A DNA stretch of 32,000 nucleotides. Source: Gemmata obscuriglobus (GTDB taxonomy: Bacteria; Planctomycetota; Planctomycetia; Gemmatales; Gemmataceae). Location: NCBI RefSeq assembly GCF_008065095.1, contig NZ_CP042911.1, positions 150,001 through 182,000 on the forward strand, written 5' to 3'. The notes below the pieces were generated by a model. It saw nothing but the letters and a program-made list of their open reading frames with translations. It was not told where the DNA came from and searched no databases. Made by a program: the position numbers and the translations under genes. Numbering within the stretch: the stretch's first letter is position 1; every line of letters begins with the position of its first letter. Of this stretch, positions 16,374 through 22,634 are shown piece by piece.

Positions 16374-18180
16374 ACGGCGGCAGGAACGCTTGCAGCGCGG
16401 TCAGCAGCCCGACGATGCTGGCCAGCAGGATGCTGTGCCAGATGACGGCTTTGAAGAGGTCGGCCTCCTTGCCCACCTGGTTCGTGCCCGCGGTCGCGAC
16501 GCAGATGCTCTGCGCGTCGATCATCTTGCCCATCACCCCGCCGGTACTGTTGGCGGTGCAGATCAGCGTTTGAGCCTGCTCCAGCGTCAAGTTGCTCATC
16601 GCGCCGGCCGAGTGCGCGGTCCACACCTCGGTCGCCGTGATCTTTTGCAGGCCCCCGAACAGCGCATTACTGCCGGCGTCGGTGCCGGTGAGAAACACGC
16701 CGAGCCAGCCGAGCATCGCTGCGAAGAACGGGTACAACACACCCGTTGCCGCGAACGCCACGCCGAGTGTCGCGTCCATTCCGGCGTACTTGGTTACGTA
16801 ACTCAGCCCGAGCATGAACGCGATGGTCGGGATCGGGATGCGCATCTGGTGGACCGTCTTGCGGAACACCGTAATTACTTGGAACCCCGACATTTTCAGC
16901 AAGAGCATTGAGAGCAGAGCGGCCGTCAGTACGGGCGTGCCGGGGGCCGTCAGCCAGGTGAACTTAAACACCGCGGCTTCGAGTTTCTTCTCGTCCGGCG
17001 TGTTCGGGGGAATGAGTTCCTTTGCCCGCTCGACCTGCTTGTGCAGCCCGGGTATTTCGACGTCGTAGTAGCTCTGGATACCGCCCAGGTCGAGCGCCGC
17101 CCCCTTCTGCTTTTCCAGGTGTTTGATGTACCCGCTGACAACGAGGCACAGGGCCATCAGGAGCCACGGCATCCACGCCCAAGCGACCAGCCCGGCCGTA
17201 AGCGGCTTCTCCGCTTCGGGCGTTTTCGGCGCGTCGAGCAGGGCCGCGACCTCTTCCTTCGCGTGCTCGGCTTGCGGGTCGTGCGGCTTTTGTGCGGCGG
17301 GTACGGGAGCGGGCGCTTCTTCCGGGAACCGCCACTCGTCGCGCGGCCTCCACACGAACTTCAGGAACAGCGCCAGCGTGAGCAGCGAGAACAGTCCGCC
17401 GCCGATGTCGGTGAGTTGCCAGATCGGGGGCAGCCCGTAGGCGTGCGCGGTGGAGAAGAAGAACTGGAACGCGGCGAACGAGCCGCCGCCGACCGCGAGC
17501 GCGGGCCAAATGGCGAACGTTTGTCGCCACGTACACATGCACTTCACCATGTAGAACGGGATCAGGCACGACAGCAGCGGCAACTGGTGCCCGCACATGA
17601 TGCTGATCTTGTCCGCGGACACGCCGCTGGACGTTTCCAGCGTCATAATCGGCACCCCCAGGCCGCCGTAGCACACCGGCGACGTGTTCGCGATCAGGCA
17701 GATCACCGCGGCGCGGAACGGCGGCACGCCGAGCCCCACCAGCATCGCCCCGCAAATCGCGACCGGTGACCCCGCGCCCGCGGCCCCTTCCATGAACGCG
17801 CCGAACGCGAACCCGATGAGCACCGCCTGAACGCGCGCGTCCCGGCTGAGCCCGCCGATCGAGCGGCGGATGACGGTGAACTGCCCCGTTTCAACGGTCA
17901 CGTTGTACAGCAGCATCGCGGCGAACACGGTCCAGCCGATCGGGAGCAGCCCGAACGCGGCCCCGTACACGAACGACGCGCCCGCCATGCCGAGCGGCAT
18001 CCGGTAAACGAGCCAGGCGAGCAGGATCGCGAAGACGGCCCCCGCGGCGCCGGCCCAACTCGCGAGCCACCGCCGGCCCACGAGCAGGTAAAAGAGCACC
18101 AGCACCGGCAACGCGGCAACAACAGTCGAGAGGACCTTGAACCCGAGCGGGTCCAGGTTCTGAACGTAGGCGAGAGGCAT
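16351..18180 (-). CDS. lldP: L-lactate permease (LctP/LldP family) with an enlarged central hydrophilic loop
   Basis: It aligns by eye along its length to E. coli LldP: TGQFTVIRRSI, FGAFMEGAAGAGSPVAI, AAVFKFTWLTAPGT, GWLGVFLTGTDAGSNALFGGLQ, ANSTGGVMGKMIDAQSI. Confidence 0.92.
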   Translation of the reverse strand: MPLAYVQNLDPLGFKVLSTVVAALPVLVLFYLLVGRRWLASWAGAAGAVFAILLAWLVYRMPLGMAGASFVYGAAFGLLPIGWTVFAAMLLYNVTVETGQFTVIRRSIGGLSRDARVQAVLIGFAFGAFMEGAAGAGSPVAICGAMLVGLGVPPFRAAVICLIANTSPVCYGGLGVPIMTLETSSGVSADKISIMCGHQLPLLSCLIPFYMVKCMCTWRQTFAIWPALAVGGGSFAAFQFFFSTAHAYGLPPIWQLTDIGGGLFSLLTLALFLKFVWRPRDEWRFPEEAPAPVPAAQKPHDPQAEHAKEEVAALLDAPKTPEAEKPLTAGLVAWAWMPWLLMALCLVVSGYIKHLEKQKGAALDLGGIQSYYDVEIPGLHKQVERAKELIPPNTPDEKKLEAAVFKFTWLTAPGTPVLTAALLSMLLLKMSGFQVITVFRKTVHQMRIPIPTIAFMLGLSYVTKYAGMDATLGVAFAATGVLYPFFAAMLGWLGVFLTGTDAGSNALFGGLQKITATEVWTAHSAGAMSNLTLEQAQTLICTANSTGGVMGKMIDAQSICVATAGTNQVGKEADLFKAVIWHSILLASIVGLLTALQAFLPPFTLMVPK

Positions 18181-18866
18181 CGAAAGACCTTATTCGCGCA
18201 AGGAGGGAGAACCCGCGATGCTAACCCACGTGTCGGTCCGGGCCAAGTAGCAAGTTTCACGAGTTGCCACGAGTTGCGCGGCGGCCCGGTCCGCTCGCGC
18301 TGGTGCCGCCCTGTTGGCCCACGGTCGTAGGGCGCCGCAAGCGGGTAACTTCCGCTGCTGATGCGGAGTGTCGCGCTGCCCGCCGGTCCGCGCTGAAGAG
18401 TGAACAATCGGCACAACCCGGCCTCGTCTGTCGGTGCGCGTGTAACTCGCCTGTCGGCACGCCCCCGGGTGCTTCGGCCCGCGCCGCGAACTTTTCGGCT
18501 CGCGGGGTCCATTCCGGTCGCAAATCATGGTGAATTTGGGCCGAAACGGCCGGGCTCGGGTTGTGCGGGTCGTGTCGATTGGTGACGGCTCTTGGGACGG
18601 TGTTGTCTATCTAAAACCCGTGCCATCAGGCGCCTTTCTCGGACTCGCAGAGTCGGCACAATTGTACCTCTTTCGCCAGCCCGCAGATCGCCACGCAAAT
18701 TAACGGGTTTCCGTGCCTTACCGAGCTTGGTTTGCTTTCCCAAGTTGCGGGGCGCTGTCATATCTACCGCAGGCACACTGAGAGCAGCGGCCGGAACCCG
18801 CGACGAATGGATGGTCGTGACGGCGGCAGCGGTGGGCTGAAACCCGGAGTTCGAGAGAGGGTCACC

Positions 18867-20099
18867 ATGAGCGTTATGCGTTTGAAGGCGTGGGTCATGA
18901 CCGCCACCTGTGCGGCCCTGATCGGTCTGGTCGTCGGCGACGCGCACGCGTTCGGCGGCAAACTGTTCGGCAAGAAGAAAGACGCCTGCGACCCGTGCGC
19001 GACGGCCGCGGCCGACCCGTGCGCGGCCCCCGGCTGCGGCCCGGCGGCCCCGGCCACGACTACCCAGAAGGTCAAGGTCACCGAGTGGGTGCCCACGTAC
19101 GTCGAAGAGACGGTCACCGTGATGAAGCCGGTCACCAAGACCGAGACCTACACGGCGCACAAGTGGGAGTGCGTCCCGGAGACGATCACCTGCCAGGTGA
19201 CCGTCAACAAGCTGGTCACCGAGAACGTGGTCGAGAACCGGTGCGTCACCGAGCGCGTCCCGGTGCAGAAGACGATCACCGTGAACGAGCGCGTCCCGGT
19301 GCAGAAGACGATCACCGTGAACGAGCGCGTCCCGGTCACCAAGACCATCACGGTGAACGAGACGCAGTGGAAGACGGTGATGGTCACCGAGATGAAGAGC
19401 AAGACGGTGACGCACAAGGTGCAGGTGCCGTACTGCAAGGAACTCGGGCCGACCATCGGCGACCGCCTCAAGAAGATCTGCGACCCGTGCTACGACCCGT
19501 GCCCCCGCACCGTGAGCGGCTGCAAGACCGAAAAGGTCCGTGAGACCGTGTGCGAGCCGGTCACCGTGTGCAAGAAGGTCGCCGAGTGCGTGCCGGTCTG
19601 CAAGACCGTTTGCACCTACGAGTGCCGCCCGGTCCAGAAGACCGTCTGCGTGTACGAGTGCGTGCCGACCCAGAAGACCGTGACCGCCTACGAGTGCGTC
19701 ACCAAGATGGTGCCGACGACCGTCTGCAAGACCAAGTGCGTGCCGACCGTCGAGACCGTGACCAAGACCGTGAACGTGAAGAAGTGCGTGCCGTACACCG
19801 CGACCCGCCAGGTGACGGTGTGCGAGCCGGTGCAAGAGAAGGTCAAGGTCTGCAAGATGGTGGCCAAGGAAGTTGAGAAGGACGTGGTGGTGGCCGCCCC
19901 GTGCGCCCCGGCCTGCGGCGACGCGTGCGCCCCGGCCTGCAGCACCGCTGCCAAGGCCAGCGTCCTGGACCGCCTGAAGGGCAAGCTCGGCGGCCTGAAG
20001 GGGAAGCTGTGCAAGAAGAACGAGTGCGCCCCGATCGCCGACTGCGGCGGGTGCGCGGCCCCGGCCGCGACCGGCGCGGCCGCTGCCTGCTGCCACTAA
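18867..20099 (+). CDS. Secreted Cys/Thr/Val-rich repeat protein, YTV-like planctomycetal envelope protein
   Basis: ATG at 18867 is preceded by GAGAGAGG. The signal peptide is MSVMRLKAWVMTATCAALIGLVVGDAHA. The body is built from short beta-type repeats (ERVPVQKTITVN x3; CxPVxKTVxxYECVP-type units). Both termini are Cys/Ala/Pro-rich, and the protein ends in AAACCH. Confidence 0.8.
   Translation: MSVMRLKAWVMTATCAALIGLVVGDAHAFGGKLFGKKKDACDPCATAAADPCAAPGCGPAAPATTTQKVKVTEWVPTYVEETVTVMKPVTKTETYTAHKWECVPETITCQVTVNKLVTENVVENRCVTERVPVQKTITVNERVPVQKTITVNERVPVTKTITVNETQWKTVMVTEMKSKTVTHKVQVPYCKELGPTIGDRLKKICDPCYDPCPRTVSGCKTEKVRETVCEPVTVCKKVAECVPVCKTVCTYECRPVQKTVCVYECVPTQKTVTAYECVTKMVPTTVCKTKCVPTVETVTKTVNVKKCVPYTATRQVTVCEPVQEKVKVCKMVAKEVEKDVVVAAPCAPACGDACAPACSTAAKASVLDRLKGKLGGLKGKLCKKNECAPIADCGGCAAPAATGAAAACCH
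19251..19358 (+). repeat. In-frame 36-bp tandem repeat x3 (copies 1 and 2 identical, copy 3 diverged)
   Basis: GAGCGCGTCCCGGTGCAGAAGACGATCACCGTGAAC occurs at 19251-19286 and identically at 19287-19322. Copy 3, at 19323-19358, differs at several positions. The unit encodes ERVPVQKTITVN. Confidence 0.95.
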
Positions 20100-20151
20100 G
20101 TCGTCTCCGCGAGCACGACTGACCGGGCACCCCGTTCGCCCGGTCGAGTCA

Positions 20152-20192
20152 CCCCCGCCCGGGCTCCCTCACCCGGGCGGGGGTTCTCGTTT
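20152..20192 (+). terminator. Rho-independent terminator of the YTV-like gene
   Basis: CCCCCGCCCGGG-ctccctca-CCCGGGCGGGGG forms a 12-bp GC stem followed by TTCTCGTTT. It lies 53 nt after the stop. Confidence 0.7.
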
Positions 20193-20207
20193 ACAGCCGC
20201 CGCTTCG

Positions 20208-20260
20208 CAACTCGCAAGGCCGGCGCCACCAACAGTTGGTGGCGCCGGCCTTGCGAGTTG
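20208..20260. repeat. Perfect 53-nt palindrome (26-bp arms, 1-nt centre)
   Basis: CAACTCGCAAGGCCGGCGCCACCAAC-a-GTTGGTGGCGCCGGCCTTGCGAGTTG. All 26 pairs were checked individually. Confidence 0.9.
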
Positions 20261-20397
20261 AGCGTTTGAACCCCGCACCACGTGCCGGAAATGTGTTTGC
20301 AACGACACAGGGAGACGGATCAAGCGCCAGAAGCGGTGGCGGAACGGGCGGCCGGTCGCGGCTCCGTTTCGGCCCGCGCCGGCCGCGCGCTTTTATG

Positions 20398-20598
20398 AAG
20401 ACCGATTTTGACAGAGTGAAGACAGATCCAGTCGTTTCAAGTTCGTTGGTTGTGCGCCACCCGCCTGCTGAGGCAGGCGGGTGGCACCTGGGCGTGTTCC
20501 GTGCTGGCGATTGATCCCGTCGCGGCTGTCGCGAACTTGAAACTACTGAGACCAATTTGAAATACTGTTTGTCCTGTCGATCCTGTCAAAATGGTCTT
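20398..20598. mobile_element. MITE-like ~200-bp element: imperfect terminal inverted repeats, nested inner inverted repeat and a perfect 13-bp hairpin; lower GC than its flanks
   Basis: The outer arms are AAGACCGATTTTGACAG (20398-20414) and the reverse complement of CTGTCAAAATGGTCTT (20583-20598), with one indel between them. A GACAG motif follows on both sides. The middle arms are GTTTCAAGTTCG (20434-20445) and CGAACTTGAAAC (20532-20543). The inner hairpin is GCCACCCGCCTGC-tgag-GCAGGCGGGTGGC (20456-20485). There is no ORF and no obvious target-site duplication. Confidence 0.45.
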
Positions 20599-20744
20599 GG
20601 CCTCTCCGTCGCGATTGAGTGCCACATTGCCCTCGCCTCGGGTGGGCAACGCCAACGCGAAAGCTCGTTCGGAGAAGACGCACGCGCCTTCGACACGCGC
20701 TTCGGCGCGGTCGAAGTAGCCACGCGCCGTTACGGCCGGGGTGC

Positions 20745-22496
20745 TCACTGCACGCCGAACTCCCGGGCGGCCTTTTCGGCGTCGGCGGTGGCTCGCGCGT
20801 TCGGGTGCTGCTTCCGCAACTGGTCGAGTTGCGTTTTCAACTGCGTGAGCGCGGGCCGGTGCTTGGCCTGAAATTCGGCCGCCGCCGGGTCGAAGCTTCC
20901 TTCCTGGCCGCGGAGCTTGGTGGCGGTTTTTTCGATCTCAGCCGCTTGAGCGCGAGCTTTCAGCTCCGCCGCCACCGCTTTGTCGCCGCGGAGGTTCGTT
21001 AGGAGCGCTGTGGCCTTCGGCCCGAGTGGGGTGGCCTTAAAATCTGCTGCCACTCGCTCGGCGGCCAGGAACGAACCGAGCGGGTCGGTTTTCGCACCCG
21101 CTCGCGCGCCGTCGAACACCTTCTGGCCCGGTGCCATGATCCGATCGTGCAACTTCTTGGCCGCGGTTTTGGTGGCTTCGTCGGCCGAGGTCAGAAGCGG
21201 AATCAGTTTGGGGATCACCGCCACCGGTGTGGCACCGGCGGCGAACGCGTCGGCGACCGGCTTGAACGCTTTCGGCACATCGTCCCCGACCGCGGTTGTC
21301 AGCAGCGCCTTGCCGACTGCGGCCCGGACGGGTTCGTCGGCGTCGTAGGCGGAACCGCGGTGAACGCACCTTCCGGCCGTGTCGAACACGAGCACGTGAC
21401 CGGCGGGCTGGGTTTTGAAGTCGCTGGTGCCCTCGCGCACAAAGGCCGCTTTCAGCACCGCGACCCGTGGCGCACGCTTTTCACCGTCCTCTCGCACCAA
21501 CTCGTCGTCCCGGACGTAGGTGTGCGGACACAGGACCACCAGCCCGTACTCGCCCAACTCTCCCTGAAGCCGGTCGAGTCGGTTCAGCACGTTCGTGTGC
21601 GCCCCGCCCCAGAATCCAACCAGTACCACCTGACCCTTCAACTCCGCCGGCGGCTTGGGGCCGGCGAGGGCGGGGCCGAGTTTGATGTCTTCGGGCAGTG
21701 CCAGAGCGGTGTCGCGCTTCTCCGCGTAGAGGGGTTCGACGGTCACCTTTGTGGCCGCGCCGGCCCACAGCGATTCCAGCGTCTTGAAGGTGACCGGGTC
21801 GTGTTTCTTCAGCTCGGCTCGGTTGTGCGGGTAGTGGTGCAACTGGTCCAGGTAGGCGCAGCTCAGCTCGGCGAAGAACTCCATGCGGTTGGTCGCCGCG
21901 TAAAAATCCTTCTCATAAAGCCGCCGCTCCATCGCCTGTTCGTAGGCCGCCCGGATTCCGGCGTGGTCGAAGCCGAACAACTGGTCGTGAACCGCGTGTG
22001 CGAACTCGTGGAGCAGCAGGGATTTGGCCCGACCGTCGTTCTTCGGCTGCCGCTGCTCGGTGAGCGATTTGAGGCTGTGGATGGTGACCGTCTTCGCCTG
22101 GAGCGGGTGCCGCCCCTCCTTCACCTGGAGCTGCGGGCCGCCGCCGTAATACGTTGCCAGGGCGGCGCCCTGGCGCCCGTTACTGAGCGAGACACGCTCG
22201 TCCCAGTTCACGAACACGGTCAACCGGCGGAGCAGGTCGACCGCTTTCGGTGACAGCATCTTGGTGAGGTGCTTGCACTCGTGCTCGAGCACCTCGAGCG
22301 GCGGGCGCTCGTATTTGGACGCGTCGGCCGCTAGCGCCTCGTCGCTTATGAGGAACGTGAAGCCCTCGATTTTTTTGGTCTTTCGTCCGGAGACCGGCTC
22401 GTTCTTATCGGCCTGGGCTTTGGGTTGGGGTTTCGGCTCCTGGGCGCCGGCGGGCCAGGAGCACGCGGTCAGCGCGAGGAGGGTGAGGGTGCGCAT
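20745..22496 (-). CDS. Secreted HExxH zinc metalloprotease fused to a CxxC-less thioredoxin-like (TlpA-like) fold and a C-terminal helical region
   Basis: ATG at 22496 is preceded by GGGAG. The signal peptide is MRTLTLLALTACSWPAGAQE. The zinc site is SLLLHEFAHAVHDQ with downstream MEFFAELSCAY (MtfA-like gluzincin pattern). LKGQVVLVGFWGGAHTNVLNRL...GLVVLCPH resembles the TlpA/AhpC fold, but the WCxxC position reads GGAHTN. The long track ORF (to 22820) adds a non-coding-looking N-terminus. Confidence 0.8.
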   Translation of the reverse strand: MRTLTLLALTACSWPAGAQEPKPQPKAQADKNEPVSGRKTKKIEGFTFLISDEALAADASKYERPPLEVLEHECKHLTKMLSPKAVDLLRRLTVFVNWDERVSLSNGRQGAALATYYGGGPQLQVKEGRHPLQAKTVTIHSLKSLTEQRQPKNDGRAKSLLLHEFAHAVHDQLFGFDHAGIRAAYEQAMERRLYEKDFYAATNRMEFFAELSCAYLDQLHHYPHNRAELKKHDPVTFKTLESLWAGAATKVTVEPLYAEKRDTALALPEDIKLGPALAGPKPPAELKGQVVLVGFWGGAHTNVLNRLDRLQGELGEYGLVVLCPHTYVRDDELVREDGEKRAPRVAVLKAAFVREGTSDFKTQPAGHVLVFDTAGRCVHRGSAYDADEPVRAAVGKALLTTAVGDDVPKAFKPVADAFAAGATPVAVIPKLIPLLTSADEATKTAAKKLHDRIMAPGQKVFDGARAGAKTDPLGSFLAAERVAADFKATPLGPKATALLTNLRGDKAVAAELKARAQAAEIEKTATKLRGQEGSFDPAAAEFQAKHRPALTQLKTQLDQLRKQHPNARATADAEKAAREFGVQ

Positions 22497-22634
22497 GGTG
22501 CTCCCGGAATAACGCCCTTCGTTCGGTCGGCTGACAGACAATGTAACGCGGGACGGGGCGCGGTGCAACCGGCGCGGGCTCACACGGGCGGCGCGATGTG
22601 GTACACTCAACTCCCACCGCCCGCCGGAGCACCC

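Noticed and set aside
18775-18866. CTGAGAG...AACCCG string upstream of the YTV-like gene considered as a TPP-riboswitch core
   Set aside because: Only the short CUGAGA-like element is present. The pyrimidine-sensing helix consensus (ACCUGAUCUGGAUAAUGCC-like) is absent, and the downstream gene is unrelated to thiamine.
19251-19358. 36-bp tandem repeats considered as a possible CRISPR-like array
   Set aside because: The repeats are directly adjacent with no spacers and lie in frame inside a CDS, where they encode a peptide repeat. No cas genes are present.
18525-20096. 523-aa minus-strand ORF antisense to the YTV-like gene, with repetitive GDRLLHRDALVH units
   Set aside because: The repetitiveness merely mirrors the sense-strand repeats. 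The ORF has no signal peptide, no RBS and no start context, and its composition is His/Leu/Arg/Gly-rich. The plus-strand gene has an RBS, a signal peptide and a terminator.
20169-20871. Track ORFs 20169-20555 (-), 20236-20514 (+), 20557-20871 (+) and 20619-21002 (+) in the convergent intergenic region
   Set aside because: They read through palindromes and the MITE-like element and have no coding bias or motifs. Only the first ~50 codons of 20437-20748 (-) look coding, and these are reported as a finding at low confidence.
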